A stretch of DNA of 63,882 nucleotides, the filler included, from Dicyema japonicum (taxonomy: Eukaryota > Animalia > Dicyemida): NCBI GenBank assembly GCA_011109175.1. It is 6 parts of 6 records of this genome, joined end to end, with 100 filler letters (N's around TTAATTAATTAA, not from the genome) between each part and the next. Parts side by side here need not be neighbours in the genome. Positions count along the whole stretch, not along the records: positions 46,778 to 57,280 come from RDEW01000044.1; positions 57,381 to 63,882 come from RDEW01000012.1; 4 more parts are not named here. One strand, 5' to 3'. The notes under the pieces are model-generated. The model did not search any database. It was not told where the DNA came from and saw nothing but the letters and a program-made list of their open reading frames with translations. Positions 51,318-63,827 of the stretch are shown here, one piece after another; the stretch's first letter is position 1, and every line of letters begins with the position of its first letter. Position numbers and translations under genes: made by a program.

Positions 51318-52004
51318 ATGACATTAAAGAATTCCCTTGCCTCTGCTGGACACCATTGCCTGTTAGAACCTGCTGGTCTTTCCCAAAACGATGGAAAACG
51401 CCCTGATGGGATGACGACTTTTCCATTTGCCAACGGACGAAACCTGATCTGGGACGCGACGTGTGTTGATACTTATTNGCTATTCCAATCTTTTGTCTTA
51501 GCTTTAACCCTACTCGTTGATCCCTTTTCTTTCTGGAAAGCAATCCTCCGAGTTCTCAAAGAACTCAGCCTTTTAATTTTTTAAAAAAATTTTTTTAAAT
51601 CTTTAGAACCTGCTGGTCTTTCTCGAAACGATGGAAAACGCCCTGATGGGATGACGACTTTTCCATTCGCCAACGGACGAAACCTGATCTGGGACGCGAC
51701 GTGTGTTGATACTTATTCCCCGTCTAATTTGGTTGCTTCTGTTTCAGACTCAGGACATGCTTCGAAGCAGGCCGAGGAACGAAAGAGGAGGAAGTACCAG
51801 AGAACTTCGGAGGAGTATATATTTGTTCCATTCGCGGTGGAAACGTCAGGAATCCTTGGATTCCCCCAAGCAGATGAGTTGGTTCGTAAGATCGGCTCCA
51901 TGATTCAAGCTGTGACCAAGGATCCGCGAGAGACTGGTTGGTTCCGAGAACGTATCTCGTTGGCTATTGTTAGGGGAAATAGCATGGCCATTCAGATGCC
52001 TTAA
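51318..52004 (+). mobile_element. CRE-clade RLE 3' end (one partial and one complete tail)
   Basis: LEPAGLS.NDGKRPDGMTTFPF, WDATCVDTYS, AEERKRRKY, FVPFAVETSG, RISLAIVRGN. Confidence 0.92.
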
Positions 52005-52744
52005 TTTAATTTTTATTCATTTGATTTGAATTTTCTTAAAAAATGTCTTATTATTTTTTCCCTAATGATTAATCTACGGTTCCAAGGCAAATAGTCGGTG
52101 GAATCGCTGCAATCTCGTTGGCTATTGTTAGGGGAAATAGCGTGGCCATTCAGATGCCTTAATTTAATTTTTATTCATTTGATTTGAATTTTCTTAAAAA
52201 ATGTCTTATTATTTCCTCCCTAATGATTAATCTACGCTTCCAAGGCAAATAGTCTGTGGAATCGCAGCACGGACACAAGGATTGCATAGTTAAACGATAA
52301 CTATTATCGTTTTGTCTTCCCATTTTCCACGTTCAGAGTGAGACGCATTCTTTCATATCATCACATCCATCCATACCCGCCATCTTAGGTAGCCCTCTAC
52401 TGGAGTAGGAAAGATCGAGATCTTTATTCTACTCTGCCCAAGCAATGTGCGTCTCCTTGGGAAACAATTGTAAGTTTAACGACTTAAAAATACTTTTACC
52501 ACAATATCCACTGGTAATCCTGAGCAAACTTTAGTTCTCCACTCAATGATACTAAAATTGTTACTTCAGGAAACAATCGATTTTCCATGAAAAATGCAAA
52601 TAAATGCACGCATGAATGTTCCCTATTTATGTCGAATTTGCGGAAAATTTGGAAAATACAGAATAATACGCGGAAAATTTGGAAAATATTGAATAAACAA
52701 AAGTTTTAAAATTAATAAAATTATTTAACAAATTATCCAAAGAA

Positions 52745-53284
52745 TTGTCAGTGCCATTCAAACCAACCGAAACGCTAAGAAAAAGTGAAATCCAACACAA
52801 TCAACTTCTGAGATTGAAATTCTTACTTTCAGAAAAATTTAAGAAACCAAAATCAACATCAACTTTTGAAATGACACAGCAATCGAAAAAATCATCGCAG
52901 AAATTAGAAAAAATATTGAAGGGGCCAACACAATATTCCCCAATACTCGACAAGAGAACAAAATCTTTAAAATCCGAGTCAGTCTCTTATGGCAACAGAT
53001 TGTGGCAAATATTTACTTTCTCCAAAAAAAGTTCCATGAGTAATTGTCTGGGGTCCTCGATTCTATCTTCTCGCATGGACTTATCAGACGTGTTTGATTT
53101 ATATGAGTGTATTTCAATAATGGATAAATTACCGTGGTCTCCAATTTTACAGCCGCGAAAAAAAGTATCATACTTACAATCGAAGTCTGTGGATATTCTT
53201 CCGTTGTTGCGAGCTTTACCGACTCACAAAAAATTATCAAGATTATCCGTAAAGAATGCTAATTACTTGACTCCGATTATGTGA
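52745..53284 (+). CDS. Intronless basic Ser/Lys-rich orphan ORF
   Basis: 179 open codons in very AT-rich DNA, followed by AATAAA; no recognised domain. Confidence 0.45.
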   Translation: MSVPFKPTETLRKSEIQHNQLLRLKFLLSEKFKKPKSTSTFEMTQQSKKSSQKLEKILKGPTQYSPILDKRTKSLKSESVSYGNRLWQIFTFSKKSSMSNCLGSSILSSRMDLSDVFDLYECISIMDKLPWSPILQPRKKVSYLQSKSVDILPLLRALPTHKKLSRLSVKNANYLTPIM

Positions 53285-53381
53285 AACACTCATCTTGTTA
53301 TTTTTGTGAATAAAAACATTGAATTTAATCAACGAAAAATTTTTTTTTAATTTTAAATTTAAAAAAAGTAGTTTAGTGATT

Positions 53382-56300
53382 ATCTAATGATTTTGAAGGA
53401 ACTATTCCCTTGTATTTACGCCCTCTTGAATTTTATTATTATCAGGAACATCCGAAAATAACTAAAAACTCAACCCTTTCTCGTCAATAATAACATCTCC
53501 TAATATAGGCCATATAGGATTCGAATATTGATACATCAGATAATTTTTATATCCTAAAATTCAGGTATCTGAGGTCTCCAAGAAATGAACAAAGGTCAAA
53601 TTTATTTTTGTGAGATTTAATTATTAAGCGTGTTATATGGCAAGTGCATTTTTGCTACGTCAACAGCTAATTCATAATAAAGGTGTATACAACACTTATT
53701 CGTTCGAAGATTTATATATCTGAGAACTCGAGTCTTTCATTTCGGTTATTTTCATTAGGAGAATGGCAACAGGAGGTTAAACCAACCTTGAGACGATGTA
53801 ATCATTACGTGGTTGTAGGTATATCACTCCTCATACTTCTGTCAATCTAACTATTGGATTACTGAAAAACACTAACTATCATCCTATACAATCAATTCAT
53901 AAATAGTTATGCTCCAAGTTCTTTTTAATTTTGGTATGGACGGCAATCTAACCAGGATCTTACGTGCATCTGACAATTCCATCTTTCAGAATATCGGGTT
54001 TCAAATGTTTCCTGAAACGGTTACCTCTACCATACTCACAAGAAGAAAGAAGATCAGGTACGTCAACCTTTTTGACGAATTAAACATAAGTGAGCCCTGT
54101 CACTATTACTAACCACCTTATTTTCGCTCGGTGTCCTCATTAGATCTCACACATTTTTTGTAAGTCCGTTCACATAAAATCTACCACGGGTTCTTTCTTA
54201 TTGCTTCGGTCTCTTCCAAAAGAGATTAAAGAATAAATGTTTTCCAATAAGAAAATTCAATAAAAAAATATATATTAGATTGGTTTAATTACGATTTGCG
54301 AAATATTTAATACTTAACTCGCTATTTAGCTGATGAAATTGATATTTCTCTTACTGATTGTGTTCTTGCCTATTGGTTAGTTTATATTTCTAAAAATAGC
54401 CGCAATAATAAATGAAGAATGTGAAGATTCGATATTACCATCAAATGACCCATATTGTAACTTGGTAGAAGTATATAGTATAGAATGTGAGAAGATGGTC
54501 AATCGTCTAGTCTGCTCCTAACACTTAATTTTCTTGTTTAGCTAATAAAGATTTACTAGTTTATTGAGTAATTGACACCTCAGAATAGTTGAGATGTATA
54601 ATTGGTTAAGCTGAACATTAATCTTGTCCATAAGCCTGGAAGCAGAGGCATAATCCACCAAGAATATCAATGTAGACAAACAACTCAAATTTGAGCAGAA
54701 ATATATGAAATTGTCTGACCTAATAATAAATGAACAAACTTTAATTATTATATGATTCAATGCTAAAACTAATAGTTAACAACTACTGTAGGATCTCATA
54801 ATTGAGATTATATTTCATTTGATGAATTGCAAAGAAATGAGCTCAATGCGACAGTTACTTTCACTATGATCTTTTTTTTCTTCGCAAAGAGCGATCCAAT
54901 CCTGTTTAACAGGATCAGTGACATGGTTCGTATGATTCTTAACGTTTCCACGACCATTGGAAAAAACATAAACTGTCTACCGAGACATACGTATTGTTTT
55001 TATCTTGATGGTCTCAGCCTTCTCCGAAGCAGAGCCTGGGTTAGTTGCTGTCATAACAAGGTCGAATGAAGAAAGGTTATCCACAAAAGTTGAGCCTCAG
55101 CCAACGTATATACCGATTTCCCATGGAAGAGAATTCTTTCGTCTGTTCTTTGTTTGGCTTGGCGAGTCCGAGCGGCTCCAATTTGACATGAAATCCGACG
55201 CCTAAGATTATTTGACACAATCCTTCCACGTCATTTCTACCAGGATATATTTTATTTTATGGATAATAAACGATCGAGAGTTCTCTTTATGGAGGTGTAT
55301 TGGTGAAACTTTTTCGTTTCAAAGAGATCTCTTCAAAGAGGTCTATTTGTGAACTTTTTCAGCTCATCTTTTTCTTCATTGGATCTTATACTAAATCCAA
55401 TTAGGTAATCTCATTTTTTTCAAAAGTTTCTTTTTTTAATTAATTCGTTCAAATTATCGAGCAGATATCATCGGCAATTAGACGTCTTCCGTATACCGTA
55501 TCATTTATACTAATCTTCTATAAATCGTCCGATATAACCCTCGAATGTTATACTTACGTACGATGCATCCAAGGAGTCCCAAATTCTATATCCATATATA
55601 ACTAACTATCTCTTGCTTCATAATTAGCTCTTTTTTGAATGGACCTTTTGAGAGCCGATTATTCCGGTTTGAGAGAACGATTATGTTTCACAGGCTTGAA
55701 TACAAGAAGTGGGTAAGGAACTCTTTTGTATACTTGTGACAATCTCATAGAATTGACACCACTTGATGAATTTGAAATAAAAATTCATCTAATGATTTTG
55801 AAGGAACTATTCCCTTGTATTTACGCCCTCTTGAATTTTATTATTATCAGGAACATCAGAAAATAACTTAATACTCAATCCTTTCTCCTCAATAATTACA
55901 TCTCCTAATATAGGCCAGATAGGATTCGAACATTGATACATCAGATAATTTTTATTTTCTAAAATTCAGGTATCTGAGGTCTCCAAAAAATGAACAAAGG
56001 TCAAATTTATCTTTGGGAGATTTAATTATTATTATTATTTGGCATAGTGCATGCCTGTTATGTCAACAGCTTATTCATAATAAAAGGTGTATACAACACT
56101 TATTCGTTCGAAGATTTATATATCTGAGAACTCGAGTCTTTGATTTCGGCTATTTTCATTAGGAGAATGGCAACAGGAGGTTAAACCAACCTTGAGATGA
56201 TGTAATCATTACGTGGTTGTAGGTATGTCATTCCTCATACTTCAGTCAATCTAACTATTGGATTACTGAAAAACACTAACTATCATCCTATACAATCAAT

Positions 56301-57280
56301 TCATGAATAGTTATACTCCAAGTTCTTTTAATTTTGGTATGGACGGCAATCTAACCAGGATCTTACGTGCATCTGACAATTCCATCTTTCAGAATATCGG
56401 GTTTCAAATGTTTCTTGAAACGGTTACCTCTACCATACTCACAAGAAGAAAGAAGATCAGGTACGTCAACATTTTTGACTAATTAAACATAAGTGAGCCC
56501 TGTAACTTTTACTAACCACCTTATCTTCGCTCGGTGTCCTCATGAGATCTCACACATTATTTGTAAGCCCGTTCACATAAAATCTACTACGGGTTCTTTG
56601 TCATTGCTTCGGTCTTTTTCAAGAGAGATTAAAGAATAAATGTTTTCCAGTAAGAAAATTCAATAAAGAAATATATATTAGATTGTTTTAATTACGATTT
56701 GCGAAGTATTTAATACTTAACTCGCTATTTTGCTGATGAATTTGATATTTCTCTTACTGATTGTGTTCTTGCCTATTGGTTAGTTTATATTTCTAAAGAT
56801 AGCCGCAATAATAAATGAAGAATGTGAAGATTCGATATTACCATCAAATGACCCATATTGTTACTTGGTAGAAGTATATAGTATAGAATGTGAGAGGATG
56901 GTCAATCGTCTAGTCTGCTCCTAACACTTAATTTTCTTGTTTGGCTAATAAAGATTTACTAGTTTATTGAGGAATTGACACCTCAGAATAGTTGAGATGA
57001 GTAATTGGTTAAGCGGAACATTAATCTTGTCCATAAGCCTGGAAGCAGAGGTATAATCCACCAAAAATATCAATGTAGACAAACAAGTCTGATTTTAGCA
57101 GAAATATATGAAACTGTCTGACCTAATAATAAATGAACAAACTTTAATTATTAAATGATTTAATGCTAAAACTAATAGTTAACAACTACTGTCTGATCTC
57201 ATAATTGAGAGTATATTTCATTTGATGAATTGCAAAGAAATGAGCTCAATGCGACAGTTCCTTTCACTACGATCTTTTTT
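53382..57280 (+). repeat. About 1.5 kb diverged direct duplication (53382-54879 and 55787-57280)
   Basis: Colinear copies about 2.4 kb apart with scattered substitutions and small indels. Confidence 0.93.
54880..55200 (-). mobile_element. Degenerate CRE-clade RLE fragment
   Basis: KLEPLGL, PGSASEKAE, FFPMVVETL. Confidence 0.65.
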
Positions 57281-57380
57281 NNNNNNNNNNNNNNNNNNNN
57301 NNNNNNNNNNNNNNNNNNNNNNNNTTAATTAATTAANNNNNNNNNNNNNNNNNNNNNNNNNNNNNNNNNNNNNNNNNNNN

Positions 57381-57560
57381 TTGCTCTTGAAATCGCCGAC
57401 TGGAGCGTCAGGAAGCAATCACTGCAGCTCTGTCTAGCGCGGAAACCCAATTGCTGGGGAAGCAGGACGTTCTTGACTTCGGCGAGGAAGTTGATGCGTT
57501 TGGCCATGATTTTTTTCATCAGTCTTGAGATGGTTGGAATAGCCAAGTTCATCGGCTTCG
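57381..57560 (-). mobile_element. LINE RT fragment
   Basis: LPQQLGFRARQSCSDC. Confidence 0.6.
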
Positions 57561-58020
57561 CTGACTTCTTGACCATCCGTACCCCGTAATTTTTCATGCG
57601 TTTGGCAAGTAGCTCCATCTCAGACTTGCCAAGAAGAGGCACGCCAAGTACTCGTGTAAGTCCTTGGAAACTTTCTTAAATATTCTCATCGGCAGACATT
57701 CACAGCGATGATACTTATAAGTACGGTTATGTTGCTGCCGTGCACACCTCTGAGGAGGCTAAGAATTTGTTTATGTCATCTGATAGAAAAATCATTTTAT
57801 AAGAAATTCTGCAAAAGATTCATTGTTGGGTAGACATCCAAGCGTTATCTTTTTTACGAATACAGAAATGATTTTACACTTTTAATGAAAATTATTTGGT
57901 ATGCTAAAATACTATATTTTAACAATAATTATTAACATGATAAATAATATTTTAAATTTTGAAATTGTTCAAGTTATTTTAATTGTTTCTAAGGTTCTCG
58001 ATTTCTTTAAAATTTAGTTC

Positions 58021-60304
58021 ATGGGAAAAAAGAAATATATTTCTCTTCCAAATCCAAAGTAAAATGATCAGCTTATATTTTATTAGTGTCAAAAATATAA
58101 TCACGCGTCGCCTGGCTGCACTAAAAATACTTGACGTCAAATCAGTTTTAGCTGATAAAATAGGTTATATTAAGTTGCTTGGCAACATTTAATTGACCAG
58201 GCTATAACTTATTTTTTAAATATTGTGAAGAAGATCCAATTTATTTTAACCTCCTAAATTTTCGAAACGAAGTATACCTTAATATTTAAGTTTAGATAAT
58301 TAAACATCGACTACAACCTGCTGAAAAAAGAATTTCCAATGCATATTCGATATTTAAAACATTTTTAGTAAAACTGACCTTAACAAAAAATGATGTAATG
58401 TTTAAATCGATTTTATCTATAGATTTTTTCAGAAGAAAAAATTCTCGCTATTCAACATAATTTCAATTTGTATCGTAATTCAACAAAAAGCACTCAAATG
58501 AATGAGGACGTGTCTTTGGAAACATTTTATACATTATTTGACGCACTTGAAAATGAAAATTATCAGTTACTTGATAGAAAATTCAAATTTTTTATTAAAT
58601 CGTATTTATAATTCTAATTTTTCACAGGTCATATTTTGTTAAATATTGTCAATGGAAAGATGTTGAATTAAGTATTCAAGTAGTTTTTAAGTAATATTAA
58701 CTGAATAGCCTGTTTTGGAAGATTTCAAAATTCAACGAATAATTAGTAGAGGATCATTCAGTTCTGTATACCTCTGCGAAAGAATTGAAACAACACGAAG
58801 GTTTACACAAAGGCATAATAAATTAGATATGCAATGAAATGCATAAAAATAACAGACAAAAATTTTAAAAATATTCTAAATGAAGCAACATTATTGATGA
58901 AGGCAACATTAGATGTAAGATGATTAGTTTATTTTAATTATAACAGAAATGTAACTTTATTGTTGGTATAGCTTACTCGTTCGTAAAAGAAGACAGTTTT
59001 TATCTTATTCTTGATATAATGGAAGGAGAAAACATATCCAAACATATTTATAAACATGGGCCATTTGAAATGCCCGCAGTCGTATACTATGCATCTCAGA
59101 TCATATTGGCTCTTTATTATTTGCATTCGAATGACGTTATTTCTTGAGATATAAATGTATTCTATGTTTATCACAATTTATTAGCCATCAAATGTTTTAC
59201 TCGATAGATATGGAAATGCGAAACTAGGAAATCTACGTTTTGCACGAAATTACAAAATAAACAAACTTATTTCAAAAACGCATAGCTAAATCTTTAATAA
59301 TATTATTAGTGGATCTGTGGGATACATGGCACCTGAAGTTATTGAAAGTAATCAACGACCCTACGGTCCTGAAGTAGATATATTTTCTTTTGGATGTACA
59401 CTTTATAAGCTTGCTATTGGGTTAGTTAATATGGAATAATATAAGAAAATCCCCTTTTTCAAAAGATTTTGAAAATATCGAAAAAAATGAAATGCGTGCA
59501 AAGAATTGCGAGTTCACAATACCAAATGAGTTTTTATTGAGTGAATTTTCATCTCTAATCAGTCAATTGCTTGTCAAAAACTTGAATAAAAGATTAAGAA
59601 TCGACGAGTATCCCTTAAAAATGAGTTAACCTGTTTTTAGAATTAAAAAGCATAAATTTTTCGCAGCAATCAATTGGCAAAAGGCACTTGAATTAGACCA
59701 TAAATCTCCATTCATTCCAACAAGTGCAGAAATTACTGTCCCCACAAGTAAGATCGAGCTTTCAACCAATGCACAGGTGAGACATGTATGGATTATTACA
59801 GTTTAATCAAAAAGAAAAAATAAAAAACACAAATATATTTGAGTCATTTTGTGTGGGCCAGCGCTGGCAAGAAGAAATTATATCATGCGGAATGTTTGAC
59901 AAAACTATGGAAATAAGTGAAAAAGAGAAATCTTTTGACAGTCAACTAATACCCTTTACTCAGTACCACGGACGCCGGATTGTTGACGGGGAAATCTTAC
60001 TTTTTTCAAATCAAATTTCTGGAAATTTTATGAAGCGTTATCTGCACATATACATTACTCAACTTGTTATACAGAATTTACATTAAGATTATGACAAAAG
60101 TTCTAACAAGGAAGAGGTTTAGTTCAAATGTTATTTATTTTTGATCATTTTATTCGAAAATGTGGAAAGTGTTTCAAAAATTCTCGAACGTCATTTTGGA
60201 ATTGACAATTGTTTCATCATAAATCTCAAAAGCGGAAGACGCTTGATTTTCACCGCATCTGTATATAATGTTAATTGTATGAAACAGAGCATTGCTACAT
60301 CAAA
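58021..60304 (+). pseudogene. GRK2: GRK2/3 (beta-ARK) homolog, RH-kinase-PH; degenerate catalytic motifs, two in-frame stops, runs into gap
   Basis: KIGYNLFFKYC, KYCQWKDVEL, YAMKC, YYASQIILAL, GYMAPEV, IKKHKFF..INWQ, QRWQEEI, PH-like KRYLHIY; about 13 micro-introns; start may lie at 57937. Confidence 0.85.
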
Positions 60305-61303
60305 NNNNNNNNNNNNNNNNNNNNNNNNNNNNNNNNNNNNNNNNNNNNNNNNNNNNNNNNNNNNNNNNNNNNNNNNNNNNNNNNNNNNNNNNNNNNNNNN
60401 NNNNNNNNNNNNNNNNNNNNNNNNNNNNNNNNNNNNNNNNNNNNNNNNNNNNNNNNNNNNNNNNNNNNNNNNNNNNNNNNNNNNNNNNNNNNNNNNNNNN
60501 NNNNNNNNNNNNNNNNNNNNNNNNNNNNNNNNNNNNNNNNNNNNNNNNNNNNNNNNNNNNNNNNNNNNNNNNNNNNNNNNNNNNNNNNNNNNNNNNNNNN
60601 NNNNNNNNNNNNNNNNNNNNNNNNNNNNNNNNNNNNNNNNNNNNNNNNNNNNNNNNNNNNNNNNNNNNNNNNNNNNNNNNNNNNNNNNNNNNNNNNNNNN
60701 NNNNNNNNNNNNNNNNNNNNNNNNNNNNNNNNNNNNNNNNNNNNNNNNNNNNNNNNNNNNNNNNNNNNNNNNNNNNNNNNNNNNNNNNNNNNNNNNNNNN
60801 NNNNNNNNNNNNNNNNNNNNNNNNNNNNNNNNNNNNNNNNNNNNNNNNNNNNNNNNNNNNNNNNNNNNNNNNNNNNNNNNNNNNNNNNNNNNNNNNNNNN
60901 NNNNNNNNNNNNNNNNNNNNNNNNNNNNNNNNNNNNNNNNNNNNNNNNNNNNNNNNNNNNNNNNNNNNNNNNNNNNNNNNNNNNNNNNNNNNNNNNNNNN
61001 NNNNNNNNNNNNNNNNNNNNNNNNNNNNNNNNNNNNNNNNNNNNNNNNNNNNNNNNNNNNNNNNNNNNNNNNNNNNNNNNNNNNNNNNNNNNNNNNNNNN
61101 NNNNNNNNNNNNNNNNNNNNNNNNNNNNNNNNNNNNNNNNNNNNNNNNNNNNNNNNNNNNNNNNNNNNNNNNNNNNNNNNNNNNNNNNNNNNNNNNNNNN
61201 NNNNNNNNNNNNNNNNNNNNNNNNNNNNNNNNNNNNNNNNNNNNNNNNNNNNNNNNNNNNNNNNNNNNNNNNNNNNNNNNNNNNNNNNNNNNNNNNNNNN
61301 NNN

Positions 61304-63827
61304 GAAGCACACATATTTCGGGAGGACAAGTACGTGGGTAAAGCGACATCCGCAGGTGAGCGTAAACCGATTCCCCCGAATCGGACTGGGAGAATGGCTT
61401 GCCTCCAGGATACATCGTCAAAGTGAATGTTGCAAATGTTTTCGGAACAGGCTCGTACTGTCAGTTCGAGTTTGGATAGTTCAGATTTGCATTGGAAGCA
61501 TGGGGCAGAGCGTAGAAGATACAGAAGCCTGGGCAGGAATATATAGTTTTTCAGGAGGAACAGACCGACGTGTGCGTCTAGTAGAGAAAGACGACTGGAC
61601 AGAAATTCCAAGACGGAGGATTTTTTTCCCAGAGAATTCTGGATCGCGGATTTTAAAATTGGTGATCCCAGTATTTCTAGATCTTCCTTGCAAGTTATTT
61701 TAACGTCCTGGAGGTTTGTACAAAGCTCATTAGTGATGGACTCAAAATCGGCTTGACTGGCGTTTAGATTGGTGATCTCACATTTTTGCGGGTTAATTGT
61801 GAGGCCAATTTTTTCCAGCGCCATTGAAATCAAATTTATGTCTCGTAACACCTGGTCTGATGGACCCCCGACGGTGATGTCGTCGAGGTACCAGATGTTC
61901 AACGGAGAACTGACATTGAGAGCGATCTGATTGACTCCCAAAGAGAACAGTAGTGGCCCAAGAGGGTCACCCTGTTGAACTCCAGTTGACGATTGGATCG
62001 TTTTTCCCCCAATAAGGAGATCAGAGCAACCGCAATAACACATGTTCGCCAGGGGCAATAAGTCAGGAATGTTGAGCCGACATTCGTTCAGGAAACAGGC
62101 ACGGTCAATACAATTAAATGCGTTCTTCATATCAAGTTTTACCAGGATGCAATTCGAATAAGGCAGGTGGCCAAAGTCGATGAAGTCCCTTACGGCGTGG
62201 ACAGAAGCTTCACAGCCACCCTTAACTCCAACGCCCAGCTGAATGTTTTGAAAAATTTGTGGGAAGAGGATAGATGATCTTGCACACGCAATTTTCGCGG
62301 CCAGCCTTCTAAATACATTACCAACAGAGATTGGTCTGATTCCGCCATCTTTTTTGTACAATGCAGTTAAGTTCCCAGAGAGAAACAGAGTACGGGGAAA
62401 ATTGGATAAGGCTCCTTGTAGAAAGATATCCATTAGTTCGCAGAGAGCATCGGCGAAATTCTCCCCTGCAGAAGTACTGTGGGAAGACAATAGGTCCTTA
62501 ATGTGGCTGGGGCGTAGTCCGTCGATCCCACCACTACTGCTAGGCCNGTTCCCAGAGAGAAACAGAGTACGGGGAAAATTGGATAAGGCTCCTTGTAGAA
62601 AGATATCCATTAGTTCGCAGAGAGCATCGGCCAAATTCTCCCCTGCAGAAGTACTGTGGGAAGACAATAGGTCCTTAATGTGGCTGGGGCGTAGTCCGTC
62701 GATGCCACCACTACTGCTAGGCCGGAATGACTTTAAACTCCGAAATAATTCGTCCTTTGTGACTTTAGCATGGGCATATTCGGCCTGACAAATCGATCGT
62801 GATGGAACAGGGCGTGATGGGTGTTTATCGCAGAGCACATCGAGGGTATTTTCATTCACTTCAGCAACTCGGTCGTCAGAACTCAGAATCCTCAATGCGG
62901 CAGAGAAATCTCCGACCATTAATTTAGTGTGGACTCTTTTCATGAGGTTGTCGAGATGGAACAGGGCGTGATGGGTGTTTATCGCGGAGCACATCGAGGG
63001 TATTTTCATTCACTTCAGCGACTCGGTCGTCAGAACTCAAAATCCTCAATGCGGCAGAGAAATCTCCGACCATTAATTTAGTGCGGACTCTTTTCATGAG
63101 GTTGGCTTCGGAGGTTGGAAAAGTGTCGGCAGGTAACGAATGCTCGCTGCCAAGCATAGATTCAATGGACGAATCGCAATAAGTGACAATGGAATTTTTA
63201 ATTTTGGTGGTCAGTGAATCGGGCGAGAGTTTTCCAATGGGCAAACTTAGGCCGAAAAAAGGAAAGCAAAACAATTTCGCCCAGTCTTCGTTTCAGTCGG
63301 TTCGTATTGCTTTTTTGATAAAAGTGGACAAGCTGCCGGCGGCTAGAAATCTGACGTGCTTCGGGATTCTAATTGGGACATGACCCAGGCGGCGGTATTT
63401 GGAAAGAAATGTCAAAATCTCATTGGGGCTCCGATTGAAACTCCTCGGAGTGAGTATAGGTAAATAAGGGTTCATGCAACGGAGACAAGCTGCCGCTGGC
63501 TAGAAATCTGACGTGCTTCGGAATTCTAATTGGGACATGACCCAGGCGGCGGTATTTGGAAAGAAATGTCAAAATCTCATTGGGGCTCCGATTGAAACTC
63601 TTCGGAGTGGGTATAGGTAAATAAGGGTTCATGCAACGAGCACAGAGCCAGTTTGGAAGGGTCCCGGCACAGGCCTGACTCATTTTGATGCAGCCAAGGT
63701 GGAAGTAGTTAGAGCAAGAGTTACACAGAATGCCAAATTTCCTACTGTTCGAGGATTGGCAGATGACACATTCCCTAGCTAGACGTTGGGGAACAATCTT
63801 GTGGGCCTTGGGTTTGTCTTCTACCAT
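61304..63827 (-). mobile_element. CRE-clade non-LTR retrotransposon: PHD finger plus RT; 3' RLE part lost in gap
   Basis: GGIRPISVGNVFRRL, KLDMKNAFN, GVQQGDPLGPLLF, WYLDD; N-terminal C4-H-C3; local duplications and one TGA at 63293-63295. Confidence 0.92.
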
